From assembly GCA_028534125.1 (NCBI GenBank), contig CM052817.1, positions 76,014,001 through 76,078,000 of the forward strand: DNA of 64,000 nucleotides. Direction: 5' to 3'. The translations under genes were made by a program, and so were the position numbers. The stretch is from Lama glama (Eukaryota). Shown here in pieces: positions 50,861-64,000 of this stretch. Within the stretch, counting starts at the first letter, position 1; each line of letters begins with the position of its first letter. The notes under the pieces were generated by a model, which made no database searches, was not told the origin of the DNA, and worked only from the letters and a program-made list of their open reading frames with translations.

Positions 50861-50906
50861 CCTTGCTACAGAATATTACATGTCCTTGCTACAGAATATT
50901 ACATGT
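50861..50906. repeat. Perfect 23-bp tandem duplication
   Basis: (ccttgctacagaatattacatgt) x2. Confidence 0.97.
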
Positions 50907-53900
50907 ATTAAGGGACTATTCCATCAAATACATTTTAAGAGATTTTAGCCAATCTGAAGAAAAACAAAAAAGCAGTCTATCCATTTGAAATTGCATGTTG
51001 GTACACTAAAGATTTCTATCTGCTCTCTTTTGCTGTATCTTCTTACATTGTAACCCAGATTTCTAGACATTATCATTCTGTGCCTATAAAACAAACTGGG
51101 ATGAACACAACAATCTGTCCCTTTCTCCATGCTGATGCTAAAGCTGACAGGGAGTTTAAAATACATTTAACTGTTTATTTTGACTCCCATAGCAAAGGTA
51201 TTGTGTTGTTTCATTCAATTTTATCTCCCCAAAGTTTAAGTGCAATCATAGGGTTAAGTCATTTAGAAATGGTACTTAAATTATTACCAGATACTATTGA
51301 TTGGGATGGAAAGTCACTTCATTAGTGATTTAGTTATATAATATTACAAAATGAAGAACATCTTTCAGAAATGAAAATAGTTGCAGAATTAAAATGTTAA
51401 ATTGTTGAAATAGGTCACAGGCATAAAGTTTAATTAAACTGAATCAGATTGTACTCTATTTTTTCATTTCCAATTTTATAGTGCATATTTGATATTTAAA
51501 GGAAAAACATAGCACTTCATTTATAAACTGCATAATCTCCATTCTTGCTACAGTAACATTTTTAAGGAACACTTTGGGGCTAATTCAGTGTTTGTGTCCA
51601 GTGTGCTAACATGTTTTATATTATCAATTTTTTATCACTAGTCTCTAAGTTAGTTTTTTAGGGTCTTATTAAATTTCTGATCATGTCTGCAACGTATTAC
51701 AGGTGCTATACTTACTGCATCTTAGAAGATGCAAAACGTTGCTTATTGTTATTGGGAATAGAATTCTGTGTAGAATCTGCATTTGAGAGCTAGGTCTGGT
51801 GTCTCCAATGCTACTCTTGTTATACCTCGGGGATACAAAGAGAAATATAGTACAGGAGGAAAAGTGTCATTGGGAAATTCAGCTGTTCTATTAGCTGTGT
51901 GTTTCTGGAAAGAAGTCAGAAAACCTCTCTAAGCTATGATTTTCACATTGATAAAAGGCTAATGGTCTCTGTGGTCTTTTATTTTCTCTGAGTAGTATAA
52001 GAGATTAGAGGAATTGTGAAATTACCTTTACTTCCTTTGTGTTCTGGCATGGAAGAAAATTATTGTTCTATAATTTTTTGTCAATACATTTAACTTATGC
52101 AGGAGAATGTCCTGTATTTGAGACCAGATGCCTATGTCCTAGAGAAAAATTAGGAGTAGATTTGAGAATGCCTTGTAGTTTAAAAATTAAACCTTTAGAA
52201 TGGAAATTCTGAATTTCAAATAATAGAATGCATGATAATAAAATTACTACATGAAATTTGAAAATTGTTGATATAGCCATGTCCATTGGAATAGATCCCT
52301 GGATATATCCATTGCATTTTTTTAAATTTAAAGTCTTGCAGCAGTTTGCAATTCCTGAAGATACTGAGATAACTATTCATCCTAAAATGATTTCTGTGTA
52401 TTGTGCTATGCAGTAATTGAACCACCAGTCTCTTCCCTATAACAAATCTATTTCTACCTCTAAACATTCATTTTCTGGGGACAACATTTTTGCTGCTACC
52501 TATGTCAGATGATAAATGGTAACTAACCTCAGTCATTAACCACAGAGAGAAGGGGGGGGGTAATCTTTTAGGCCAGAATCCCTGCAGTTAATTTTTGATG
52601 CTAAAAGAACAAAAATGTGTGTACCATATTCATGAATAGTTCACAGTATTGTCTGTCAACATTTTCTTCTATATTTTCCCCAAGGAATTATTGTACATAA
52701 GTATATGTGAGACTTTCAGTTACAAAGCTTACTTTACTGATCAGTTTTCCTTATGCTAAAATATGTGGCATTTTAATGCTTAACGTATTCCTTTCAGGTA
52801 GTATTTGTTAAAGAAACTCAGTTTCTGGGCTAATTATGCCTGCTATAGAAAGATCTTTATAAAATGTCAGTCAGTCTCACACTTTTCAGAAATACGTCAT
52901 GTTAAACAGCATCGTTTAGTACATGATGAGAATGATGAGACAGCAGCTGCTAAAATGGGCTGCACAAAACCCAGAACTGTGTGCGACACTGAAGAATGAT
53001 CCCTCTTAAGCCTCTGAATCCTTTACTCCTGTTCTACTCATTTGGTTTCTTCCCAAATTGTGCTTACCCAGGAGTCTCTTACGTTTTCAGACAATGCCTT
53101 AAGTAACGCTCATGGAGAATTTTCTTCTAGAAAAAATGCAAAGTAGGCCCAGTTACTCTTTGAAATGCATAATTCTTATTGGATTAAACCTGCATTCCAA
53201 GTATGAGGCTCTAAGAGTACCTGGAGGTTGTATTTCCTCATTTGTGGATAGTAGGAGTAGCATTTAAAGGAGTTTAAATTCTTTCATATTTGTATGAATT
53301 CAAACCTGGAAGCAGAAACAAAAGGCACTGGAAGTATAAAATTAATGAGTTTAATTAAAACATTTTGCAATCTTTACATATAATCCTGGTATTATGATGA
53401 TTATTACTCAATTTTCTTCCTGTGCTTTTAAAGAGTTGGTGTTACTTCAGAAACCACTTTCAAAGACTGGATTACATACCTGCAACATTAGAAAGATACA
53501 ATGAAAATGTTTAAACACATTAAAAAGCCAAATATATGGATATTGCATGCTTAACGCAATAAAGTTAGTAAAACAGAAATACTAGAGTTATATTTCATAT
53601 GACAAAGTCTATGAAAACACAGTGGTATAAGCTGGTATAAGTTATGTAAGAAGAAAATAGGCCTTGAAACTTAGATAATAGTTTTAAATGCAAAACCGTA
53701 TGCTGTGTGGCACCAGTCTTGACTGAATAACTCACAACAGACGGTTGTATTGTAAACTTCCAGTTACAAGTCACATGTTGGTATCCGTATAATTTCCCAC
53801 AGAAACCCGTTTGACTGAGTATATATGCATGTACACACACATATACATAGAAATATTGTTCATTTGTAAGAGAAAATTTGGATTACCTAATATTGTCAAT

Positions 53901-54803
53901 GTACATTATCTTAAGAACAATCACTTATTACATTGTATTTATAATTCTCATCTAAAGCAACTCCTAATATCTTTCATTCTCGAAAGCTCTGCAGTCTTCA
54001 AAAAACTGCCTCACAAAAGTCAGAAGACTGCAGAAATATGAATAAGACTTCATAGGAACCAACTTTATTATTCTGCTGGTTTCTTCAGTAAAGATTTTAC
54101 ACTTTCAATACATGCATATCTTAATATTGTATGACAGTCATTTTTAATTTTAAAATTTTTGCAGGTTTTTACCAACATACCTTAGTGGACCACCTTGCAG
54201 AGTCAATTAAATCACAGCATATTGCCTGAGAGCTGCATCTCACGAGCTGCTTATGCTCAGGTATCTCTTTCTTTGTTTCTGGAATTAAAACAGGAAGTTA
54301 TTAAAAAACTCATTCGACGTTTCTGGTTGTCCCCTGTTCCCATGCCTATAATGCCCAGCCTACGTGTTTCTTCCTTCAAATGTCATTCATATCCCATGAC
54401 TCCCCTAAAAGCTCCCTCTTTTAAAAAGACCTCTACCTTATTCTCTTCAGCAAGTAGGATTTCCCTCTTCTGAACCACCATGCGGGTCACTCTGAACTTC
54501 CACTGTGCACTCGTTTATCATAATCTTAACTGTATTGTAATTGGCTTTGTATTTAAACATTGTGACTCCTCAAATTGTGTCTCGTAATAATGAAATCTCA
54601 TTTACATTAATTTTCACTTCATAGGCAGGAGTAATACCTAAGGTAATAATCTGTATGTACTTAATATACTTGATTTGTATCTATTTAAAATGGTAAAAAA
54701 TATAAATAATATAAACCAACTAGTTTTTAAATTTAGGCATATTCATAATATTCTGAGGCTATAAAAACTGTCACATAACAGTATTTACTGTCATTGGTGC
54801 ATT

Positions 54804-55271
54804 TGTATTATTGCTGCCATAACAAATTACCACAAAGTTGGTGTCTTAGTACAAATGTATTGTTTTAGAGTTCTGTGATCAGAAGTTCAACATGGGTCTC
54901 ACTGGGCTAAAATCAAGGTGCTGGCAGGACTGCTTTCCTTTCTGGAGGCTCTAGGAGAGCATTTCATTGCCTGTTCCAGCTTTTCAAGGCTGGCCTTATT
55001 CTTAAATTCAGCCTCTTCCTCCATTTTTAAAGCTAGCAATGTAGCATCTTTATGACTATCTTTCCACAGTCACATCTCATTCTACTACAGCCAGGGATAT
55101 TTCTTTCCTTTTAGTGATTCATGGTTCACCTGGATAATCCAGGATATTACCCTATTCTAAGATCCTTAATCTTAGACAAGCTCATGTAAGGCAAAATATT
55201 CAGATTCCTGGCATTGGAGAGTAGATACCTTCGGGAGGCTTTTTATTTTTTTTTATTTTTTTGCCTACCAC
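54804..55271 (-). mobile_element. MaLR solo LTR (MLT1C/D-like)
   Basis: tgtatt..ttgctgccataacaaattaccacaaa...ctcactgggctaaaatcaaggtgctggcagg...cacctggataatccaggat...tgcctaccac. Confidence 0.88.
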
Positions 55272-57459
55272 TATTAGATTTACTTACAGTCTATCAACTG
55301 ATGTAGAGTCAACTAACAAAAAAAAAAAATACTTGTTAAAAAAATACAGTATTTTTAAAAGACTGAATGAGTTCATTACAGTTTTTCAGAGGGAGCTACT
55401 ATGGGCCCAATATGGTAAACAGATTATGGCATTTAATAAATAGATTTTGTCTTCATCAAGTTTTATTTAGTGTGGTAGAGTATGCACCATAAACCAAAAA
55501 TGCATCCTGTGATTCCAAGTAGTGGGAAGTACTGTAAAAAACACAGTTAGGCGAGGGCATAGAGGCTGTGTCTAAGGAGGCACCAACTTAAAGCCTCTAT
55601 CAGAATTTGAAATTGAAAGAGAAAACCCAATGAAATCATCAGAGGAGCCGTGATTAGATCTGAGTAAAAATATTCTGCAAGTTGAAATAAAAAGTTGTTT
55701 AAGAAAGGACAAAGATCAGGGTGCCTGAAATGAGGTTAAGTAAGCAGAAAACATCACTTTAAATTTGATATATAATATATATGGAAATAAGGATGTCCGA
55801 TCAGAATTTGATACAAGTCTGGATTTTGAGGGAGAGTCAGGGACAGCTGGAGACAGGCTCTCGCAAAAGGTTGATAGCCCAAGCCCTGGGACTGGCTGTC
55901 GAGGAGCCAGTGAGGTCAAAAAAGGAACAGGAGAGGATCATGTCTGGGAAGCCAAGTGCAAAAGTGCTTCAGGGAGTGATCACATTTATGGAGGTGATTA
56001 ACCAAAAAGCTTAACTAAAGGGGATACTAAAAGTTGATATGAACATACTTTAAACCTAAATACTCATCTCTTGGACCATTGTTTGATGGGGCAGGTAAGA
56101 CCTTCCATTTCTATGTTGTTCATTAACGGAAGTAAAATCTGAATGGTGAATGATTCATATTTTTTCAGCCACCCTTTCCTGCCATTTATATTTGTTGTTT
56201 TCACACCTAATGCTATAATGTATGTTTTCAAGTAGCTTTTCCAAACCATTTGACTCAATGCAAAAAATGTTTTTCTCTTTACAGTCATATTTTAACACTG
56301 TGGAATTAGGTACTATAGTCATAAGACTAACTGGCACAAATAAGCTTGGAAATAAACATAGTGGGTACTTGGTGGAAGCATATACAGAGAGAGGGAGAGG
56401 GAGAGGGATTAGAGTATAGCCCAGCTGAATAGCCAGTGAGTTGTGATTGTCACTTTGTTTCACAGAAAGCATAGAGAGCATCAGTTAATGAAATGAGTAG
56501 GTAAGGGGAAGGGTAAGAGGACTTCTAATACATACCAAAAAGTTAATGTTAAATGAATATGCTGGGCATTACGGGATGTGTCCAACAGAAGAATCAAGTA
56601 AATTGCCAAAGTCCAATATGGCGTAATAGTGTGACATAGCCAATACTTGAGGACTAAGAGGTGGAGCCCCCAATTCCAACATTTTCCCTATGAAATAGCT
56701 CTATAAAAAATATAAGCTTTACTTTAACTTTAAGCAGGCTTAAAGACAATTTTTATGACTTAAAGATCTTATTTTGAATCAAGTTTTAAAAATATTAGAC
56801 TATATTAAGAGGTCGAATGTTTTTAACGGCTCGCCTCTAAGAAGTGCAGTGTTCCACAGGCAACCAGGTCCGGTATTTGGCACCTATTACTTCCTTCTCT
56901 GCTCTATTTCTGTTAAGTTATTTTCAGAAAGAAGGAATTTCATACTTCAACCTTTACAAAAATGTAACTCAATGGTTTTTTTAGTCAGTACTTTTTTATT
57001 AAATTGCTGTGCCACCATCATTTGATAAAGTTTTAACTGCAGACTAAAATGAATTGATAGCAGTTCACAAGGAGAAAATCAGTGAAGTAGAAAAAATAGG
57101 AAGAATTTTAATCATGGGCAAACACATTTTCATTAAGAAAATCATTGTATTGTAAGGAATCCTTTTTAATTTTCCTCTGCAAGCTTTTCAAAGAACGCTG
57201 AAGGTCATATTAAAATGTAGGCTATATTCTTACATCATTTTTAATAACAATTCATTTCAAACCCACGTCAAAAACCCACTTCATTTCTTTCTAAGAGGGC
57301 TCACGTTTGTCTTGTAATCTCCCTCTTTTCTGTGTTCTAATACTTTTCTTTCTCTTTGCATTTGATTACTGAGAACAAGTGCCATGGTACCCATGCAATT
57401 CAGGAAAATTTATCCTATTTCCTTTGAGATTTTGTTTTGAACTTACTGTAACTAGAGTT

Positions 57460-57959
57460 NNNNNNNNNNNNNNNNNNNNNNNNNNNNNNNNNNNNNNNNN
57501 NNNNNNNNNNNNNNNNNNNNNNNNNNNNNNNNNNNNNNNNNNNNNNNNNNNNNNNNNNNNNNNNNNNNNNNNNNNNNNNNNNNNNNNNNNNNNNNNNNNN
57601 NNNNNNNNNNNNNNNNNNNNNNNNNNNNNNNNNNNNNNNNNNNNNNNNNNNNNNNNNNNNNNNNNNNNNNNNNNNNNNNNNNNNNNNNNNNNNNNNNNNN
57701 NNNNNNNNNNNNNNNNNNNNNNNNNNNNNNNNNNNNNNNNNNNNNNNNNNNNNNNNNNNNNNNNNNNNNNNNNNNNNNNNNNNNNNNNNNNNNNNNNNNN
57801 NNNNNNNNNNNNNNNNNNNNNNNNNNNNNNNNNNNNNNNNNNNNNNNNNNNNNNNNNNNNNNNNNNNNNNNNNNNNNNNNNNNNNNNNNNNNNNNNNNNN
57901 NNNNNNNNNNNNNNNNNNNNNNNNNNNNNNNNNNNNNNNNNNNNNNNNNNNNNNNNNNN
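57460..57959. other. Assembly gap (exactly 500 N)
   Basis: Run of N. Confidence 1.
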
Positions 57960-58400
57960 ATAATGCCATTTGCAGCAACATGGATGCTCCTGGAGAATGT
58001 CATTCTAAGTGAAGTAAGCCAGAAAGAGAAAGAAAAATACCATATGAGATCGCTCATAAGTGGAATCTAAAAAAGAAAAAACAAAACAAAGCATAAATAC
58101 AAAACAGAAATAGACTCACAGACATAGAATACAAATGTGGTTGCCAAGGGGGCGGGCGGTGGGAAGACATAGACTGGGATTTCAAAATTGTAGAATAGAT
58201 AAACCAGATTATACTGTATAGCACAGGGAAATATACACAAATTCTATGGTAGCTCACAGAGAAAAAAATGTGACAATGAATATATATATGTTCATGTATA
58301 ACTGAAAAATTGTGCTCTACACTGGAATTTGACACAACATTGTAAAATGATTATAAATCAATAAAAATGTTAAAAAAATAAAATGAAATAAAATAAAATG
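57960..58400 (+). mobile_element. Young L1 3' end (ORF2 terminus, 3' UTR, A-rich tail), camelid-type
   Basis: ataatgccatttgcagcaacatggatgctcctggagaatgtcattctaagtgaagtaagccag (IMPFAATWMLLENVILSEVSQ), then atagcacagggaaatatac...aatcaataaaaatgttaaaaaaataaaatgaaataaaataaaa. Confidence 0.93.
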
Positions 58401-59839
58401 AAGTAAGAGGAAGGAAATGTTACCCTGTGGGGTTAGATTCAACACAATGTTAGAATTGCTCTCAGGGGATACTTACAATCAGGAAAAAACAATGTTTTAC
58501 TTTCATAAAAATGTCTAAAATATTTAATGTAAAATTATAGAAAGTTTTATTGAAAAAGATTAAACTCTAGATGAAATTTCACTGACTGATAATATGTTCA
58601 GCAACTTCCTTTTGCAATTAAGAGACAATTAAATTACAGGTTGGCTATACTTACCCTAGAACTAGAAAAAAAAATCTCAAAAGAATAAATCAGACATTTT
58701 AGTTTCCTCAGGAAATATTAAAAAGATTTCAAATAATATGCTTCATTTTAGTGTTTCCTGTAGTCCAACAGAACATTTATGTATTTTGAAATATTTTTGT
58801 TTTTTAAAGAACAGATGTATGACAAAATATACAGAAAATAATTTTCAAGAAAGTGTAGACTATTTAAAATATTTTACATTTATCTTACCTTTTAATGAAC
58901 ATACATTTACATTGAAGCTAGTATAAGTTACATGTAGCAGAAAACAACCCTGGTTCATACAATGAAGAGGATAAATTGGCGTATTTAACTGAGAAAGTCT
59001 ACATATTAAAGACACGGCCTGCAATGTTCAGTCAGTCTAGGCTTCAGCGCCTTTTTATGCAAATCTCTCAGCTCTGCCCCTCAACTTTGCCTTGTAGTTT
59101 CAGTCTTAGTCTGGCAGAAAATCTTTGCAGCTTTCCATATAAATATATGACATTATGGAAAGAAAATGCTACCTCTTGCAGCAACAATCTCTTAATACCA
59201 AATAAATGAAGAATCCAAGATCTCCCTAGAATGCCTCTCATCTCTCTTGGCCTGGAGACAAAACTATTTTGAAACAGTTCCTTATTCAGTATGACGCCAT
59301 GCTCCAGTTCTCTTAATTCTGGGTCCCATGAATAAATCACTAGCAAAGGGATGGGCTTACCCTTAAGACTTAGGTCTTTCTCTGGATAAGGAGGAGAAAC
59401 CTGCTTTTTAGAAGGATGTGCAGAGTACACAACAATGAAAATTGGGGAACCATTATTAAGGTAAGAAATGGTTACTTTAGGGACAACCAAAAATGCCTAT
59501 TATAATTTCAAAAGTTAAATCATTTATCAGTGATATCAGAATATTTTTTTGAAAAAGATAATTTTGACTTTGAGTTATCCCTATTGATTTAGTGATAGGT
59601 TACAATACTTCAGCGAGTATTAATGTAATAAATACTGTATGTATAACCATTTAATGAATATAAATAGAACAAGTATAATTTTAATTTAGAAAATATCACA
59701 GGTATTCTCTTCAAAGCAGCATAGTTCCACATTAGGAAATATATTGGGTTTGAATGTTGGAACCAGTAAAACCTAAATGCTTGTCCAAGATCTGAAACTA
59801 AGTAGCTTTTTCTCCTCTCCCTCTTTATTATTATTTTTA

Positions 59840-60075
59840 ATCCAAACCCCTTGAGCTGGCCCAAAATGATCTGGCTCCTCACCTACCTCTCGGTGCCCGC
59901 TGTACCACTCTCCAGGCAAGTCTGTTCCTGCCACCTCATTTCTACTTCAGGTCCTTTGCCCTGGCTAGTGTCTGTACTGAGTAATCTTCCCCCAGGCTCC
60001 CTGTGGCTGACTCCTCTCATCTGACACTCAGGCTGATTTATGCTCACTTGGCCTCCTATGTAAAGGAGCACTCCA
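59840..60075 (+). mobile_element. L2 fragment
   Basis: atgatctggctcctcacctacctc...tacttcaggtcctttgccctggct...tggctgactcctctcatc..cactcagg. Confidence 0.7.
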
Positions 60076-63000
60076 GAAGTTTGAGATTACTTCCTCTTCT
60101 ATCCTATTACATTTTTAAATTGTCATGTCAGAATTCCTATTCAGTAAATAAGGGTGCTAGACTCCAACTTCAAAGTAATACAATCAAGAAGTCTTATTCT
60201 TTTGAACATTCTGAAACCAACTGCAAACAAGAATGGGAAAATAAAATTCCATACCTAATAACATTACTTACATGTAATATGGAAACTACAATGTATCTAT
60301 ACAGAAAGACTGCTAACTACGTGGCAGTTCGGCTAAGTTAAGGAAAGGGAGTAAATGCTGATTATTGTTGATCTTGGGCAAGTTAGCAGAAGCATTCATT
60401 TTACAGAATATATTGCATACTCAGGGACAAAATTAAAGATTCCTTATTTGGTATAATACAAGCTGGCTACAGAAGTTTCCCTGAAATTATTTGCCACTGC
60501 ACAATGACACTGAACATAGTGATAAAGAAGATACACGTACATACACCTGGCAAAGTCACCGTGGCTATGGTGCTCAGTGAAGCCATACGTAGACTCAATT
60601 TCTTTGCAAATCATAAGTATACTCATTTTTTTGTAAGTCATATATTCACTTATTTTCTTTGCTTTTGGTATCAATAGGAAAGAAAAAAAAAACAAGACAA
60701 ACAGCATTATAGTAAATACTCAATCAGTTAAAGACAAGTAAACACACACTTTCAGGTAGATTTTGTACCGACAGGAAAGATATCTATACCTAAAGTCAGA
60801 ATGGTGATGAGAGATTTTTCCACAGATAAATCAACTCTATTTTCAAAGCACACTAAATAATTTCAAGAAAATTCGCTAATCAGTGTCTGGGAAACAACCA
60901 CAAAAGGAAAAGGTGAATTCTGAATTAAAAGTAGAATATAACAAGAAAGGATCTTATTTTACTGCTTCTGTTTTATGAAATACTATATACCAAATAATAA
61001 AACATTTAACTATGTAAACCCAAAATTGTTCATAATATAAATATTAATTTACAGCAGCAACAAAATTAGAGTGTATTAGTGGCAAATTGTATATGCAAAG
61101 ATATGGTCTATCACCAGAATCCAAATAAAAATATTAAATAGCAATACTTCATATCAGGTACTACTCTATTATATATACAATTTAATTTCCAGACCCATCA
61201 TGTCTACTATTTTATTCACATATTTCATATACATGATATATACTATATAGTGTGGTATATATGCACATATATGCATGCTTATACATGCATATTTATACAT
61301 GTATGTACATGATGAACTTACGAGGCTACAAGTGATGCATAAATGAATGAATCCCCAAAATAAAAATTTTTAAGGAGATATTTTAAGTCACATAATATTA
61401 AAAATTAATAATATATTAACTAGAAATGTTAACTATTTGAAAGCAGTGAGATGTTCGTGAATAACTAAGTCCATATCAAATCAAAATGGCAATGCTGTAA
61501 TATTTGAAAATGATAGTGAGAAGTCAACTTATTGACATGAAATTAGAAAAAGAAAAAGAAAACCTTTGGAAAACTATTAGAAGGATCCAATAGATAGTAG
61601 TAAACAAGACTGAATTATAAAAAGAACACTACGGAGAATTATAATCTCAAGTAGTTTAAACATACTATAGTTTATAAATGTACCAAATGAAAACTAACAC
61701 AATTGCAAATCTGAAAAGGCTAAACAAATCATGAAAATTATAAAATTACATGTCAAATATTTGAAAATCTAGAAGTGGTAATTCCCTAAGAAAACCCAAA
61801 GGTTTATATTGACACCAAAAATGTAAATTTTGGACTAAAAAATACCCAAGTATTTCCCAAATTATCCAGATCATACGAATCTTCTGACATATGCATTATA
61901 AATCTCATGGAGATTCTGACCTAATTAGGAAAATGGGAATTTGGAATCAGCATTTTCAACAAGCTGGTGAATATTCTGTTCAAGAATGTTAGTAAATCTT
62001 GCCTAAATAAAGTTCCCAGGCCTAGAGCCCACTGCAGATGAATTGTACATTTTCTGTAACTATATGGCTCACAGGCTGAAAAAGGAAAACGTTCACTACT
62101 TTGTGAAACTACCGTAAATCTCTTATCAAAATATGCCATGCATGCCATGCAAAGAAAATATAAAGCAAACTAGAAAACACAAAGGTTTACTGACTTTTAT
62201 TAGTTGCTTATGCCTGAGTAAAAAAATCTTCTGACACTAAGTTCAGAATAATTAGAATACATTGCTTAATGTAAGACTGACCTCAAAAATGAAAACCAAA
62301 GAAAGGAGAGAAATAGATTAATAAAATCAGAAAATAATACCTAGAAACCATTCTTTAAACAAGATGGTCTCTTGCTGCAGTAGCTGGAGTTTGCATTTCC
62401 TAAGGAAATCTGGGGAAAGGATTACATACTACATTGGCATATAAGGCCTGGCGGCTTCAGCGAGAGGCCTTACTATCAACAAGGGAAGATACTAAAACAA
62501 AGACAGATTGAGCCAGTTTTCATATTATTTTTGAAATACGTGTAAAGCATTAAAGGTTCATATCTGGAGCATAGTACATCTGTGCATTTTCTTTAATTAG
62601 AAAATGTACTTACTTCAGTTTTCACAGTACGGAGAAGCAGATGTAATGGGAATAATTTTAAAAGATTTAGCATCTATTGTGGAGGAAATATAAGTCCTTT
62701 ATGACTTTAGGAAAATTTTTATTAATATTGGTCTAACTTTTAAAAATCAATGTCAAATGGATCATTATTGTGGCACTATAGTCCCTCAAGATAAAAAAAA
62801 ACTTTTTTTCTGTATTGGTTACATAAACATACACACAAATAAAACCAGCAAATACCATGACTTGCCTAACTGGTTATGGTGACAGTTCTCACCTGCTTTT
62901 TAAAAAAATTTAGTTAATTTCTTTCTGGCATCAGGACACATTTTCACCTCATCTTCCTTTCCTGAGAAGGACATGTAGGCCTGAATATTTATTTGTCCAC

Positions 63001-64000
63001 CTAATCCTAAACACTTTCTTAGATTCAGACATCAGCACATGTAGATGAAGCCATGTGATATTTATGATTTAGGTGTATATCTGCTATAAATGGATGTTAG
63101 TGCTCTTAGATAAATAAGCCATAACTTGGATAAAAAAACAAACCAACATATATTCAGACTTCATTGAAGGAGGACTATTACTGGTGGTGTTTTTGAATAT
63201 TGTATCATCCAATAAGGATGAAGTTTTAGGTACATGCCTCCAAAACCACATTATTTAGAATAATTTCATGTACCACATGTGCGTGCACACACACGTTTAG
63301 CAGATCTTTACAAATAAGAGATGAAAGTGAGAATATTAGAAATGACTTGGATATTTACATAATTTCTCTCGGATAGAAAGCATATTGTCCGTATTCTTAC
63401 TTTCATAGACTAGTTTGCTAACTCAATGATTTTGTAGCTATCAAAAGAAATATTTGGGAAGGGGGTAACATTTACAGGAATTCGTCTATTATCTAGCCAT
63501 ATGTCAGAGATTTATTCATTTATATATGCTATAGCAAACACATATTAATCATTCGTTACTTTTGCTTATTATTTCCATTGCAGTTTGGGACTCTGGGTTG
63601 GCTGAAGAAAATAACTTAAAAGAGAATGTTGTTTATGAAGTTCCAGCTATCTATATTATTCTCAAAAGGATTACTTTAATCATGATATAATTATGTGCAA
63701 TTATTCCAAGCTGTTAAAGCATAATTTTTTTCATAATAAATAGCTTGAGTAATTTGAATATTCCCTTATTACATAGAAGCCTAAATAGTCATATAAAAAA
63801 AATACTGAAACAGTGCTGTCTTATACAAAACAGAATATACATCTTACATTTAAATCATGATTATAATTCATGTTGTAACCACTCTTAAAATTTATCTAAG
63901 GATATAAAAAGTAAAACAATTTTGGCCTTTGGGATTTTAAGAGTACTATTTTAAAACTTCTTGTGTTGTAAATTTTCCTCAGGATATATTCTTTGTCTGA

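Noticed and set aside
52923..52991. Possible C/D-box snoRNA (ATGATGA...CTGA)
   Set aside because: No terminal stem and no recognisable rRNA/snRNA guide sequence.
54165..54260. Exon-like segment (tttttgcag|...CAG|gtatct)
   Set aside because: All three frames contain a stop and the donor is weak; no support as a coding exon.
57379..58057. Long ORFs of 188-201 aa in the ORF track
   Set aside because: Artefacts of translating through the N gap.
1..64000. Prokaryotic features (operons, CRISPR, IS elements), rRNA, tRNA genes, NUMT
   Set aside because: None seen; the repeat content is unambiguously mammalian nuclear DNA.

Overview
Mammalian genomic DNA, AT-rich and essentially non-coding (intronic or intergenic). 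The youngest L1 3' UTRs look like camelid (alpaca/camel-type) L1s; this is recognition from memory, not a database search. Roughly half the window is interspersed repeats: a ~8.4 kb composite minus-strand LINE-1 (8.4-16.8 kb), further L1s of several ages, two class I (ERV1) proviral remnants, solo LTRs (MLT1-like, MER31-like), L2 and MIR. There are two 500-N scaffold gaps. I cannot confidently identify any protein-coding gene, RNA gene or CRISPR array. The ORF track is explained by L1/ERV debris, antisense L1 frames, N-runs or chance. The best-supported oddities are retroelement structures: an L1 with a second ORF1+5'UTR module, a one-LTR multiply deleted ERV sitting seamlessly inside an L1, a tail-less L1 fragment, and an old MIR/L2 tandem duplication. 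Weaker leads are enhancer-like blocks, AG|GT splice juxtapositions and a possible minus-strand exon chain at the right end. I see no convincing novel biological system. Repeat boundaries are approximate and family names are by-eye assignments.
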